Numbered from the stretch's first letter, positions 8,030 to 21,266 are shown. The stretch: DNA of 64,000 bases from an uncultured Gemmatimonadota bacterium (GCA_951812955.1 OX638340.1:1824001-1888000); one strand, 5' to 3'. The notes: generated by a model not told the origin, from the letters alone. A program made the numbers and translations.

Positions 8030-9445
8030 CTAACCAAACAACTCCTGCACCATTCCCCGCGCCCGATCGATCACGGTTTCGAGACAGCCGGGTGCTAGCT
8101 TGGCCCAGTAGGTGACATCTTCGTTGGCCTCGTGTCCACCGCGGGCATATGCCTCCCTCGTCGGCAGGTAACCGACATAGTGCGTCGTGAGGTGTGCCGG
8201 AAACAGATAGGAAGCTGGCGAGTTTACTTTAAGCGACAGTTGTCCTTCCACAAAGGGCTCACCGGGGAGGCCTACAATACAAAGATTACCGATGCGCAAG
8301 GCCTGTATCTCATAGCTGAACTCGCCGTCCCTCTGCCTGCATAGTTCGACGCTGCGGGTCGATGCCGCCCGAAACCAGCGCGGCTCCACTTGACCGTTCT
8401 CTTCGCGCGGCGGTTCCGGATGCTCAGTGAGAATCGCATCGACTTCGCGCAGTCGTTCGTCCGATATCTCGCGAAAGGGCAGTCTGATCTTTTCTATCCT
8501 TGTATCTAGCGCAGCATCGCCGGCGAACGTCATGTTGCGCATGATACGTTCGCTCAGACCGGATAATCCTCGCCCCATACGCCGGTGGTCCGGCTTAAAA
8601 TCGGGGTCGAAGGGGTGCCAGGGGTTGATGTTGCCGCAACATCCGTTGACGACCAACGGCACGGAATCCGGATCGAAAATCTGCTGCATCTCCCGGGACC
8701 AGGCGCCGGGCCAATCCGCCGACGCGGCCATGAAGGTCTCCTCGTTTCCGTATGCATTGACCGGATGACACGTGTAGTGCAGGAGAAAGGCCAGCGGTTT
8801 CGAATTCATATCCTGGACGCAGCACACGCCTACCTCCGGGTCCATCGGCCCTTCCAGGTAGCACACATCCGAGATCCCGAAGGGCTGCCGCTCCCGACCA
8901 AGGGGTCTGGGCATAACTATGGTACCGTCCCTTCGAACGCCGCGGCGGTTAAAAGCCAGGTCGCCCAACACGCCGCGGCCCAGACCGATGCGTGCCGGTT
9001 GTAGCCTGCCGGCTGCCTCGACCGCGGCCTCAACGGCAGCGGCTGCGGCCCGGTCGCCATAGGCGCGTTCGGCCCCCCGCAGATACTCCGTTTCCTCGCT
9101 AGTCTCCATTGGAAAATCCGAATCCAGCATGAAGTAACCGAGGCTCGGGGCGGAATGCGTCTGCGTCGCCTGGACCATGATGGCGTCTCGTTCTATGCCC
9201 GTCTGCTCGCTGATGGCCGCACGGATCCGGTCTGTGTATTCACCGGTGACAATGGTGAGATCCAGGATCACGATGCAGACGCGCCGCCCATCCGCTTCGA
9301 AAACGATGGCCTTGGCAAAGAGCGGATCCAAAACGGCCTGGGTCGGACGGTGGTCACCGGCTCCGCTGCCCGCCAGATGCGTCCCCTCCGAAGGGGATAT
9401 GTCGATCATTGCCGCACCGGCGCTCAGCTGGTTCGACTCGTTCAT
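8030..9445 (-). CDS. Hypothetical hydrolase, neutral/alkaline ceramidase-like
   Basis: About 470 aa. N-terminal region (IDISP...AKAIVFEADGRRVCIVILDL...) resembles the neutral ceramidase N-terminal domain. Start set at the ATG preceded by GGAAAG; the ORF extends further to 9589. Confidence 0.45.
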   Translation of the reverse strand: MNESNQLSAGAAMIDISPSEGTHLAGSGAGDHRPTQAVLDPLFAKAIVFEADGRRVCIVILDLTIVTGEYTDRIRAAISEQTGIERDAIMVQATQTHSAPSLGYFMLDSDFPMETSEETEYLRGAERAYGDRAAAAAVEAAVEAAGRLQPARIGLGRGVLGDLAFNRRGVRRDGTIVMPRPLGRERQPFGISDVCYLEGPMDPEVGVCCVQDMNSKPLAFLLHYTCHPVNAYGNEETFMAASADWPGAWSREMQQIFDPDSVPLVVNGCCGNINPWHPFDPDFKPDHRRMGRGLSGLSERIMRNMTFAGDAALDTRIEKIRLPFREISDERLREVDAILTEHPEPPREENGQVEPRWFRAASTRSVELCRQRDGEFSYEIQALRIGNLCIVGLPGEPFVEGQLSLKVNSPASYLFPAHLTTHYVGYLPTREAYARGGHEANEDVTYWAKLAPGCLETVIDRARGMVQELFG

Positions 9446-9796
9446 GGCTTTCCTTTCGCAGTCTGAAGAGTAACCCGTGGGGCGTAACCCAGGGACCCGC
9501 GCGGGGATTATCCCGTGTGGGGAGGATCCCAGTCCATGTGGGGAGTAACTCGTAACGTACAGACTATGGCACCAGTACCGTTTCGTCAACGCCGTTCAGC
9601 CTTGACAGACGCGTGTATCTTACTTGTATCACAGTGTACGAAGATATGGGTTAAACGGCGCGGTCCAGTGGAGTACTCGAGCAACAGGCGAACGGAGCGC
9701 CGCGTATTAGCCGCCGGCCAGTTGATGAAGACCGACATGCATGATGAAGACTAACGCACAGAATGGTCACACCATCTGAGAAAGGACTGGTCAATC

Positions 9797-10936
9797 ATGA
9801 TTGAATTGCTCGGCATCGGCCACTTTTTTGAACTTACACGGTCGGAAGCTATTATGGGGTTTTTCACCCCGCTGATCGTCTATGCCGTGTTTTTCCTGGT
9901 GCAGCTCATCCTGCCCGGGCGGAGGGTTCCCGGTTACGTCATCAATCCGGAGACGGGTAAACCGCGCAATTACCGGCTCAACGGCATGCTCGTGTTCCTG
10001 ATCATGCTGATCGTCTGGGCGTTCGAACTCACCGGGATGCCCCACGACTGGTTCTTCCGGTCCTCGATCTACGCTGTGGCCGGCGGAACGGTTTTCGCCA
10101 TTATCTTTACCATAATCGCGACATTTACCCAGCCTGAAGGCAAGGTGAAGAGCCGGTTCCTGGCATGTTGGTTCGGCCGGGCCCAGGAGATTTCGTTCTT
10201 CAACGAGCGTATCGACGTTAAGATGTACATGTACGTTGTCGGCGGGTCGATGCTGTCGCTAAACGCCCTATCCGGGGCCGTGTACCACTACCAGGTATTT
10301 GGAGAGAACGCCAACCCAGGCGTTTTCATCTATGCGGGTTTCTTCACGTTCTACATCCTCGATTACTTCGTCTTTGAGCGCGTGCAACTCTACACCTACG
10401 ACCTGATCCACGAGAATGTGGGCTTCAAGCTGATCTGGGGCTGTCTCGTGGTCTACGGATGGCTATTCATCCTCCCGCTTTGGGGCATGGCCGCCTACCC
10501 GAACCCAGGCTTCTCACCGGCATGGACGAACTTCTGGCTGATTGGCACCTCAGCACTGTTCCTGTTGGGATGGAGCATTTCCCGCGGCGCCAACCTGCAG
10601 AAGTATACGTTTAAAAGGTGGCCCGAACGAAAGTTCCTGGGGCTCATCGAACCGAAATACATTCAGGCTGGCGACCGCAAGATACTCTACAGCGGCCTGT
10701 GGGGCGTCGCCCGCCATCTCAACTACATGGGCGAGGGCTTCCTTTCCCTGTCCATCGCCCTGATATTCGGCTATTTCACCAATTTCTGGGCCTGGACCTA
10801 CCTCCTCTTCATCGTCTCGATGTTCTCCTACCGTCAACTCGATGACGACAGGCACTGCGCCGAGAAATACGGTACCAAAAAGTGGGCGGAATACCAGGAG
10901 AAGGTGAAGTACCGGATCGTGCCGGGGATTTATTGA
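9797..10936 (+). CDS. Sterol reductase family (ERG4/ERG24/7-DHCR-like, DUF1295-related) polytopic membrane protein
   Basis: C-terminal GLWGVARHLNYMGE and RQLDDDRHCAEKYGTKKWAEYQEKVKYRIVPGIY match the sterol-reductase family signatures. Multiple TM segments. Confidence 0.7.
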   Translation: MIELLGIGHFFELTRSEAIMGFFTPLIVYAVFFLVQLILPGRRVPGYVINPETGKPRNYRLNGMLVFLIMLIVWAFELTGMPHDWFFRSSIYAVAGGTVFAIIFTIIATFTQPEGKVKSRFLACWFGRAQEISFFNERIDVKMYMYVVGGSMLSLNALSGAVYHYQVFGENANPGVFIYAGFFTFYILDYFVFERVQLYTYDLIHENVGFKLIWGCLVVYGWLFILPLWGMAAYPNPGFSPAWTNFWLIGTSALFLLGWSISRGANLQKYTFKRWPERKFLGLIEPKYIQAGDRKILYSGLWGVARHLNYMGEGFLSLSIALIFGYFTNFWAWTYLLFIVSMFSYRQLDDDRHCAEKYGTKKWAEYQEKVKYRIVPGIY

Positions 10937-11406
10937 GCGAGGTTATGAGAAACGCTAGTTCAGATTGCTTCCAAATCGTAGCGATATAGATCAGCGGACC
11001 AGGGAAGAGGGCATACCCTCTCAAGCGCTGCCGTCTAGCGCCATCCAAAGGCACCTGTCCGGCCGCCTTACAGAGAAGAAGTAAAATGACCCTGTGTCCG
11101 CCTCTGCATGGGCACCGGGGTTGTATTAAACCGGTTTGTCGACGAGCTTTTTATCCTCCTCGCCCGGTTGGTACTCCTTACATATCCTGGTGACCGGTTT
11201 TACCCGAACCTGACCAGACTCATCTTCCTCTGTTTATCACATGAAGCATACTGATCTACGGTTGCGCTGCTGTCTGCGAATGCTATATTGCCTCGTCGAC
11301 AACGTAAACGCACGCGACCCAAATGCACCCGAACCAAACGCACCTGAAGAAAATACACTCATAGCAAATGCACGCACCGAACAGGAAACGTTAGGATAGT
11401 TTGAAC

Positions 11407-13713
11407 ATGACAAAGGCTAGTTTGATTTTTACGGCAGTGGCGCGCTGTTGTATGGCAGCGGGCGCAATTTACTTCGCGAGCGCGATTCATTCCACTCCGA
11501 CCGCCGACGCCCAGGTTACCGAGCATCGGCTCACCATTCTCCACACCAACGATCTACAGGGCGGTATCTACTCCGAGGACGGTTTCGACGATGGGGACCA
11601 GGCTGGGAACCAGGATCCGGAAGATGCGGCGGACCGGGGCGGCCTGGCCACGCTCGCGTCGATGATCCAAGCCCATGGCCGCGCCGGTGCAGACTCGATC
11701 TTGGTACTGGACGGCGGAAATGCCATGGGCGCGACGCCTGCCTGCGACGTGGACGGCTGCCGCACGCTGTTTCAACTCATGAGTATGGCGGGGTACGATG
11801 CCATGGCCGTAGGCAGCCACGAGTTCACATATGGTATCGACACCCTCACCACCCGTGCGGGGCAGGCGGATTTCCCCATACTGGGCGCTAATCTGGGACT
11901 TGGCGACACGGTCCATGGGGCCACCACGCCATTCCTCCTGACCGAAAGGAGCGGATTGCGGATCGCCGTCATGGGGCTCGTTTCCTCCCGAACGGCCGAC
12001 GACCTTTCATCGGTGAACCCCGCGGACTTGGAATTCCACGATCCGCGGGCGACGCTCGAGTCACTTCTGGCTGGGCCCGCGGGCCTCGCAGACTTGCGAA
12101 TCGCACTCGTCAACATGAGCATGGACGAGGCAAGGGACCTCGCGCTGGCCTTTCCCCAGGTACAGCTGTTCATCGCGGGAGGCACGGCTGCCGGTCCCGA
12201 ACCGCGCCCTGCGGAACATGTGGTCCGCTTCGTCGGTGGTCGATACCTGGTTACCACGCCGGGACGGGGTACCCACCTGGGTAGACTCGAAATCACTTTC
12301 CGCCGGGACGGTGCCAAGACGGTTGTTTCCAATCTGATTCCCGTCCTGGTACCTGCCGGTTCGTCCCTGCTTCCATACCTCGCGACCGCAACAGGTTCGT
12401 CCGATACATCCGGTGCCGCGACACCAAATCCTGCGCCCGTGCCTATGGATCCCGCGGTATCGGCTCTCGTCGCCGGGCACAGAGAAACCGTGCGCAGAAT
12501 CTATGACGTCCGCATTGGCAGGACCCGGGAACCCATCGAGGATACCGGATCCTGGATCGCCGACCTGGCGCGCACGAAACTGGCGGCCGACGTCGCGGTG
12601 ATCGATCGGCACGCGCTTCGGCCGTTACGATTGGACGGGGAGGTTCGACTGCGTTCGGTTACACGGCTGGTGCGCGACAACGATGTGCTGGTCCGCGTTT
12701 CCATGTCTGGACGGCAGTTGCGGACATGGGCCGGCGGGCTGCCGCGGGAACACGAAGTGGTCTTTGCGGGGTACGATGGGGATTCCGGCGAGGTCGACGG
12801 GCGGCCGCTGAATCGGGACAGGACGTACGTGGTGGCAGTCCCGTTGGTCCTGGCGGATCAGAATCTGACCCGGCAGGTCAGGAATTCTCGCTTATCGAAC
12901 GTTCCCGGTGCACGCATTGGACTGAGGGAAATGGTGGCAGCCCACGTGCGGATTCACGGTACCGTGGACCGCTGGCAGGGAATTCGGCGGGGGCCGCGCA
13001 GTGCAACGGAGGGCAGCACACGGTTAAACGGCTCCTTGTCGCAGACTACGCTGGAAGGGCCCGTCGACCAGTACAGCCGCGATCCGTTCCTGAGTGGAGA
13101 GGAAGCCCTGGCCTGGATCGTCAACGTAGAGCACAATTCAACCCGGTACACCCCGGCGGGAACGTTTTCGGCTCTGTTGAGGACAGGCTACGGCAGGTTG
13201 AACAACAACGGGAGCCAACGGGAGGCCTTGGACCGGATCGACGGCGAACTGCTCTATTCACTGCCGCATTCGCAACTGTCCCAGTTCCTCGGGTTCGACG
13301 TCAACACGGTGTGGACGGGTGACGAAGGTCGGAAACACCCTGTTGTGCTTCGGTTCAAGGGAGGTCTCCAGTCGGAGCTCGGTTCCCAGGCGATCGTTCG
13401 TGTCGGTCTGGCCCTGGAGAGAGACCGGATCACCGCGATGAATGTCGTGGGCATCGAGGTGGCGCCCGAGTACCGGACGACACTTCTTCCAGGCAATACG
13501 CTATCGTCTCAGGCCCGCGTTTTCTGGGGAACCGGTCAGCACCAGACCATGTCTGTACAGCACTTCAACCACCTGCGTTTCCGCCTGCTGGACGATCTTG
13601 CCGCCACGCTCGACGCGAACATCTTCCTCCACCGGGACAGCGACATCGACCGGTCGGCCGTCAAGTTCGAACTGCAGGTCGGCCTCGGATACGACTGGCG
13701 TTACTACAGGTGA
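11407..13713 (+). CDS. Secreted bifunctional metallophosphatase / 5'-nucleotidase fused to a C-terminal domain of unknown function
   Basis: Signal-peptide-like N-terminus. LTILHTNDLQGG metallophosphoesterase motif (5'-nucleotidase N-domain). About 760 aa with a long C-terminal extension. Confidence 0.7.
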   Translation: MTKASLIFTAVARCCMAAGAIYFASAIHSTPTADAQVTEHRLTILHTNDLQGGIYSEDGFDDGDQAGNQDPEDAADRGGLATLASMIQAHGRAGADSILVLDGGNAMGATPACDVDGCRTLFQLMSMAGYDAMAVGSHEFTYGIDTLTTRAGQADFPILGANLGLGDTVHGATTPFLLTERSGLRIAVMGLVSSRTADDLSSVNPADLEFHDPRATLESLLAGPAGLADLRIALVNMSMDEARDLALAFPQVQLFIAGGTAAGPEPRPAEHVVRFVGGRYLVTTPGRGTHLGRLEITFRRDGAKTVVSNLIPVLVPAGSSLLPYLATATGSSDTSGAATPNPAPVPMDPAVSALVAGHRETVRRIYDVRIGRTREPIEDTGSWIADLARTKLAADVAVIDRHALRPLRLDGEVRLRSVTRLVRDNDVLVRVSMSGRQLRTWAGGLPREHEVVFAGYDGDSGEVDGRPLNRDRTYVVAVPLVLADQNLTRQVRNSRLSNVPGARIGLREMVAAHVRIHGTVDRWQGIRRGPRSATEGSTRLNGSLSQTTLEGPVDQYSRDPFLSGEEALAWIVNVEHNSTRYTPAGTFSALLRTGYGRLNNNGSQREALDRIDGELLYSLPHSQLSQFLGFDVNTVWTGDEGRKHPVVLRFKGGLQSELGSQAIVRVGLALERDRITAMNVVGIEVAPEYRTTLLPGNTLSSQARVFWGTGQHQTMSVQHFNHLRFRLLDDLAATLDANIFLHRDSDIDRSAVKFELQVGLGYDWRYYR

Positions 13714-13771
13714 CCGCGGAAGCGCCTGAGCTTGCTGGTCCATTTACCGAAACAGGGCCACTTCGGCGCAC

Positions 13772-14509
13772 TCAGTTCTTCCTCGCCACATGCCGATCTT
13801 CATACACACCCTTCAGAAACTTCTTCGGATTGAATTCTTCGGGCATGTAATGCCATGCTGTACTGTAGCGCGTGCGATGGCTGTGATTATCATAGGCGCC
13901 GTGCAGCAGATTTGCGGAAAACAGCACGACCGTCCCCGCGGGGATGACCAGGTCCACCGCCTGCGCTTCATCGACCTTCGTCCAGCTGCCATGGCGGCTT
14001 AATTCGCTGCAGTGCTCGACAATCTCGCCTATCCGGTGGCTGCCGGGCACTACCCGCAGACAACCATTCTCCACGTCTGCATCTTCCAGGTAAATTCCGC
14101 AGCTGACAATACGATCCGTGTCGGTCCCAAAATAGAAATTGTCCTGGTGCCAGCCCGTCGACGTGCCGCCATTGGGCAGCTTCGGGAAGAACTTGGTACC
14201 GAACACGTCGATATCTCCACCAATCAGATCGGCCACACGGTCCACAATCGCCGGCTCGCGCGCCAGTTCCAGCACACGGTCGTCGACCACGCAAACCCCC
14301 TGGACTTTGTGCAACAAACCCGCCCGAGGTTCGCCTCGCTCGTCCAACTCGAGCGCCCAGTGGGGTGTCTGCTCTTTCAATTTGCTTCCCTCGGCGACCA
14401 TTTCATCGAACACCTGCTTGTACCAGTCCAGTCGCTCACCTTGAATGAGGGCTTCAAAAACGAGATAGCCATCTTCTCGAAACTGCAGTATCTGTTCGCT
14501 AGTCAACAT
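13772..14509 (-). CDS. PhyH family dioxygenase (paralog 3)
   Basis: MLTSEQILQFREDGYLVF N-terminus, WHQDNFYFG (HxD), PGSHR and LLHGAYDN motifs. ATG chosen at 14509; the ORF extends to a TTG at 14542. Confidence 0.75.
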   Translation of the reverse strand: MLTSEQILQFREDGYLVFEALIQGERLDWYKQVFDEMVAEGSKLKEQTPHWALELDERGEPRAGLLHKVQGVCVVDDRVLELAREPAIVDRVADLIGGDIDVFGTKFFPKLPNGGTSTGWHQDNFYFGTDTDRIVSCGIYLEDADVENGCLRVVPGSHRIGEIVEHCSELSRHGSWTKVDEAQAVDLVIPAGTVVLFSANLLHGAYDNHSHRTRYSTAWHYMPEEFNPKKFLKGVYEDRHVARKN

Positions 14510-14636
14510 GAGAACCTCATTAGAATCCGCGTCCTTCGCCAACTAGCGCTCCAGCAGTCGGCGACCGGCGGCGGCCATCTTCCCCGCAATCCGCTTATCT
14601 TCCTCGCGCTCCGACAAGTAGCAACAGGCCGCGGGA

Positions 14637-15479
14637 TCATTCGCCTGGCATTTCTTCAAGCGTCTCCAGCCAGCGATAGCCATATTCCGGAACAGTTGGC
14701 GAGCCGGTCATACCATCGGGAAACATGCTGAATTTTTCGACGCGCAGGCGATAGTTGTATTCGTGCCTGGGATTGAAACCCACGATCTCGCCGCGGTAGG
14801 GGTCGCCGTTATAGACCTTGCAGAAACCGGGATGGCCGTCGCCGCACTCGACCCTGCCCCAATCGACGGTGATCTCCTCTTCCGTGCCTTCCGCCCTGGT
14901 TTTCGAGACGATTTCATCCAACAAGTACCGGCCGTCTGCATACCTGTTGACTTCGAGGACATAGTGATAGCCGGCCTCATAATCGAAGCCCGTGATCAAG
15001 TCTTCGTACGGCACGCCGTCCAACACCAGGCAGAAGTCGTCGCTTTGAGCGCACACCACACGCGCCGAACCCACCGCCAGGGTTGTGTGGGTGGAAGGCG
15101 CCGGGGTCTTCTCCAGCTGCTCCAGCAAGCGATAGGCATACTGGCCTGCGTCCTGCGGCGGCTCTCTCCCGCCCCAGGGATCGTACTTGCCGATTCGCAG
15201 GCGATAGTTATAACCTGCTTCGTATTCGAATCCTTCGATCGCATCGTAGAACAAACCGCCGTCGACGATCATGCACGACTGCTCGCCCACGCCGTAGCAC
15301 CTGACCAGGGTGGGGCCGACGGTAACGACCCGTGTCTCGATATACTCCGGTCCGGCCGGCCCGGGCCCTACCGGATCCGTGGAATCGTCACAGCCGGTGA
15401 ATACCAGGGCCGTCAGGGTAATCAACAACGAGAGAACGGAGCTTTGGCGGCGATAGGTCGAAGTAAGCTCAGGTTGCAT
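14637..15479 (-). CDS. Lipoprotein with three tandem ~60-aa repeats (DUF4377-like)
   Basis: Lipobox LVFTGCDD. Three repeats each containing GF(E/D/N)YE(A)GY(N/H)Y.L(R/E)(I/V).KY. Confidence 0.55.
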   Translation of the reverse strand: MQPELTSTYRRQSSVLSLLITLTALVFTGCDDSTDPVGPGPAGPEYIETRVVTVGPTLVRCYGVGEQSCMIVDGGLFYDAIEGFEYEAGYNYRLRIGKYDPWGGREPPQDAGQYAYRLLEQLEKTPAPSTHTTLAVGSARVVCAQSDDFCLVLDGVPYEDLITGFDYEAGYHYVLEVNRYADGRYLLDEIVSKTRAEGTEEEITVDWGRVECGDGHPGFCKVYNGDPYRGEIVGFNPRHEYNYRLRVEKFSMFPDGMTGSPTVPEYGYRWLETLEEMPGE

Positions 15480-15660
15480 GCTGGCGTATCTCGGATGGGA
15501 CAGCAGGAACAGTATTCTAACTTACTTCTAAACTTACCAAAACTTCCTATGAAGCATCAAGACCAATTTGAGGGAGCTGTGGTTCTCGCACGCGTGCAAT
15601 TCGCCCCATATTCCTCTTGCCTGGACAAGGGTAAGATCGGTATTTTTCCTAACCGAATGA

Positions 15661-17862
<2,202 letters not shown>

Positions 17863-17969
17863 TCGCGGCATATGCCGGGCGCGACTTCGTGAGCGCGCGG
17901 ACCAAGCATCAGGAGGAGGGCGAATCGTTCGCGTGATTCGCGATTTCGAGCGCCAGTTGAAGGTGGCGA

Positions 17970-18641
17970 TCAGTGCCCCAGAACACGGTAGCTGTCGTCC
18001 AGGATCAGACGAACCGACACGTAGCATCCTAATAGCGCGAAGAGCACCCAGGGCGCATTCATAGCGCCGATATAGATGTACAATTCGCTCCTGGTGATGA
18101 GACGATGCCGGCCGGCCAAGAAGAAGCTGATCCAATAGACCGACGTGACGTAGGCCCACTGCCAGGAGAGCACGAGCCCGAGTATGCCAGCCAGGACAGC
18201 CGGCATGAAATCGATGGTAAAAGCCGCGTAGAGAAACACGGTCGGTAGCGGCGTAAAGAATCCGTTTGCCACGTCTACGTTGAAGCCCAATGTACGGCGG
18301 TCCGAGAAGGATTCGTCGATTTGGGAGTACGTAGCCCAGACATCCGCCCATACGACCGGGTTCAATATCCGCCTCAGCGGTACCCTGGTTAAAAGAAACT
18401 CAACAGCCGGCGTCCGGCCGGTTTCGCGTTTCCGAGTGCGCCAATACTCGGTGCGCGTCTCGACATAATCCCGTTTGAGGAAAAGACACACTTCCCAATA
18501 GCACACCACCAGGTTGGTCGAGAAAAAAAGACTCAGCAGCCCGTGGATGGCGTTGAAATCCCCTGAGATATAGATTCGGGTACCGATTCCGAGCAGTGCC
18601 AGCAGCATGACCGCCAGCGCTGCGAACAGTCCGGGTGCCAT
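17970..18641 (-). CDS. EXPERA / emopamil-binding-protein (EBP)-like four-TM membrane protein
   Basis: 223 aa, four hydrophobic segments. WATYSQIDESFSDRR resembles the EBP WKEYxKGDSRY motif. Good GGAG SD. Confidence 0.45.
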   Translation of the reverse strand: MAPGLFAALAVMLLALLGIGTRIYISGDFNAIHGLLSLFFSTNLVVCYWEVCLFLKRDYVETRTEYWRTRKRETGRTPAVEFLLTRVPLRRILNPVVWADVWATYSQIDESFSDRRTLGFNVDVANGFFTPLPTVFLYAAFTIDFMPAVLAGILGLVLSWQWAYVTSVYWISFFLAGRHRLITRSELYIYIGAMNAPWVLFALLGCYVSVRLILDDSYRVLGH

Positions 18642-18900
18642 CTCAACACTCCTTCTGCTTCTGCTGTGCGCGCCTGATCATTGCCTCTACCGGGCCAACC
18701 TGACTTTGCGAACTTCGTTCATGGTTGATCTTTATGGACAGACATTCCCCTAAGCGTGCCGATAATTCAAGTTAAAGCGCCGGCTTAACGTTGTACAAGT
18801 TCCTTTCATCGACTTATTTTACCTTTTCATTCCTCAGGTCCGGACAATGCTTCGACGCCGGTAAGACCCGCACTGATCGTCTGATTACAGGAGGACTTCG

Positions 18901-19893
18901 ATGCTGATCGTCGATTCTCACCTCGATATCGCCTTCAACGCCCTAGAATGGGACCGGGACCTGTTCCAGCCCATCGCCAGGATCCGCGAAGCCGAGGCCG
19001 GCATGGGTCAGAAAGGACGCGGTCTGGGCGTAGTGAATTTCGAGGAACTGCGGCGCGGCGGGATCGGACTCATATTCGTCACGGTGAACTGCCGGATCGC
19101 TTCGATGGGGAAGCGTTTTGTCGGGGTGCGCACCCAGGACATCGCCTACGCCAAGTGCATGGGAGAACTGGCGTATTATCGCCTGATGGAATCTAAGGGT
19201 GCCTTTCGGCAGGTGCGTAACCGAACCGAACTCGACGCCCACTTGGCCGAGTGGGAAGCCGATCCCGAGACGACTCCGCTCGGGTTTGTCCTCAGCATGG
19301 AAGGGGCGGACGGCATCGTGGCGCCGGAGCAGGTGTCTGAGTGGTGGGATGAAGGGCTGAGAGTAGTCAGCCTGTGCCACTACGGGGTCAGCTCCTACGC
19401 CCATGGGACCCAGGCCCCCGGAGGCCTGACTGACAGGGGCCGCCCCATGCTCGAAGCCCTGGAAGCAGCCGGGGTGATCCTCGACGTGAGCCACCTGGCC
19501 GAGCAGGCGTTCTGGGAATCGATGGACGTCTTCAACGGCCCCGTGCTGGCCACCCACAACTGTTGCCGGGCGCTGTGCGACCACGATCGGCAGCTCGACG
19601 ATCGACAGATCAAGGCCCTGGCCGAGCGCGGAGGCGTCATCGGCACGGCGATGGATATCTGGATGATCTCCCCCCTGTGGGACCCGGTCGCGATGGACAA
19701 CAAGGCCATCACCTTTGAAACCGTGGTGGACCACATCGACCATGTCTGCCAGTTGACTGGGAGTGCGCGCCACGCCGCCATCGGGACCGACCTGGACGGC
19801 GGCTACGGCAAGGAACAAAGTCCCGCCGATATGGAGACCATCGCCGATCTTCGGAAAATACCCGCCATCCTCGAACGTCGCGGCTATTCATAG
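18901..19893 (+). CDS. Membrane dipeptidase (peptidase family M19, renal dipeptidase-like)
   Basis: MLIVDSHLDIAFN N-terminus (IVD.H.D motif) and DVSH metal-binding region. AGGAGGA SD. Confidence 0.8.
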   Translation: MLIVDSHLDIAFNALEWDRDLFQPIARIREAEAGMGQKGRGLGVVNFEELRRGGIGLIFVTVNCRIASMGKRFVGVRTQDIAYAKCMGELAYYRLMESKGAFRQVRNRTELDAHLAEWEADPETTPLGFVLSMEGADGIVAPEQVSEWWDEGLRVVSLCHYGVSSYAHGTQAPGGLTDRGRPMLEALEAAGVILDVSHLAEQAFWESMDVFNGPVLATHNCCRALCDHDRQLDDRQIKALAERGGVIGTAMDIWMISPLWDPVAMDNKAITFETVVDHIDHVCQLTGSARHAAIGTDLDGGYGKEQSPADMETIADLRKIPAILERRGYS

Positions 19894-19981
19894 ACCGACA
19901 TTGCGGACATAATGCATGGCAATTGGGTACGGACGTTGCGCGCGGCGTGGAGTTGATTTAAACGGAATCGTACATTGATCT

Positions 19982-21196
19982 ATGGCGGTTCCTGCTTCGC
20001 GCATCGGGGACGAAGTTGCCGAGTGGTCCCACATATGCCACGCAGCCAATACATGCAGTCGAATGAATCCGGAGGCCCGACTGATGCCTGAAACACCCGT
20101 GTTCCAACGACACACGATCTACGAAGGAACGCCCGCCGAACGCATGTCGTGCATCGTGGGCGACCTCGACAACGATGGCGTTCCCGAGTTCATCATCCCC
20201 ACCCGCAATCCGGATGAACTCGTCTGGTTCGGGAGAACGGGCCAGGGCGAATGGGAACCGCACCTGATGGACGATACTTTTCCAAGCATCAGCGTTGGCG
20301 CCGCCATGGTGGACCTGACCGGTAGCGGCAAGCTCGATTTGATTTCCGGCACCAGTGACCGCGGTAATTTCATCTACTGGTGGGAATGCCCCGACGATCC
20401 CACCCAGCGGTGGACGCGGCGCGTGGTCTTCGAGCTTCCCCACAACCGGATCCACGACATGATCCTGGCGGACATCGACGGGGACGGAAGACAGGAATTA
20501 TACGTCTGGAACCCGGACGAGGAATTGATTCTTACGGTCCCGGTGCCCGACGATCCATACGTGACCCCCTGGCCCGGCGTCCGCAAGATAGACACCGGTG
20601 TAAACGAACAGGCGCTCGACGTTGCCGACGTCGACGGGGACGGACGGCTCGAGCTCATCGCCGGGACTTCCTGGTACCGCCTGCTGGAGAACGGCGAATG
20701 GGAAAGACATGTTTTCGCCGAGGGCTATGGCGGCGTACGGGTTGGAGCCGCAGACTTCGACGGGGACGGCCGTATCGAGATCGCCCTCTGCGAGGTGGCC
20801 CTCGACATCGGCCAGACCTATGGCCGACTCGCGATATTCAGACCGGGGGCGGACGTGGAGAAACCATGGGAAGCCAAAATCCTGCACGACCGGTTGCTCG
20901 ATGCGCACACGCTCCAGGTGGCGGACTTCGACGGCGACGGACGGCCCGACATCTACGTGGGAGAGATGGGCCGTGGGGACTGGACTCTTCCGCATCCACC
21001 CCAGCAGATACTCTTCCTGAGCCGTGGGGACCGGATGGAGCAGCACGTCATCGATACGGGGATCGGAACGCACGAGGCCCAGGTCATCGAACTGGACGGG
21101 AAGGTCGGCATCATCAGCAAGCCCTACCGCTGGCTCCAGGACACCGCGCCGAGACCGCAGTTGGTGGACAACCTCTACCTGTACCTGCCGGAATAA
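19982..21196 (+). CDS. FG-GAP repeat (integrin-alpha-like beta-propeller) protein
   Basis: Repeated DxDGDGxxE(L/I) motifs (DLDNDGVPEF, DIDGDGRQELYVW, DVDGDGRLELIAG, DFDGDGRIEIAL, DFDGDGRPDIYVG). Alternative start at 20084. Confidence 0.7.
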   Translation: MAVPASRIGDEVAEWSHICHAANTCSRMNPEARLMPETPVFQRHTIYEGTPAERMSCIVGDLDNDGVPEFIIPTRNPDELVWFGRTGQGEWEPHLMDDTFPSISVGAAMVDLTGSGKLDLISGTSDRGNFIYWWECPDDPTQRWTRRVVFELPHNRIHDMILADIDGDGRQELYVWNPDEELILTVPVPDDPYVTPWPGVRKIDTGVNEQALDVADVDGDGRLELIAGTSWYRLLENGEWERHVFAEGYGGVRVGAADFDGDGRIEIALCEVALDIGQTYGRLAIFRPGADVEKPWEAKILHDRLLDAHTLQVADFDGDGRPDIYVGEMGRGDWTLPHPPQQILFLSRGDRMEQHVIDTGIGTHEAQVIELDGKVGIISKPYRWLQDTAPRPQLVDNLYLYLPE

Positions 21197-21266
21197 CGTC
21201 GCGGTAATCTCCAATCATTCGACTCCTGACGAACATAACACGCATTTTACATCCTGTGGCAATGAC

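Noticed and set aside
8132-9473. Several 100-140 aa plus-strand ORFs inside the ceramidase-like gene
   Set aside because: They are embedded in a longer minus-strand gene with coherent domain content. Their translations are Arg/Gly-rich and motif-free, typical of shadow ORFs.
10960-11010. Hairpin agaggg-cata-ccctct downstream of the sterol-reductase gene as a rho-independent terminator
   Set aside because: A 6-bp stem without a following T-rich tract. High-GC genomes often lack canonical terminators, so confidence is too low to annotate.
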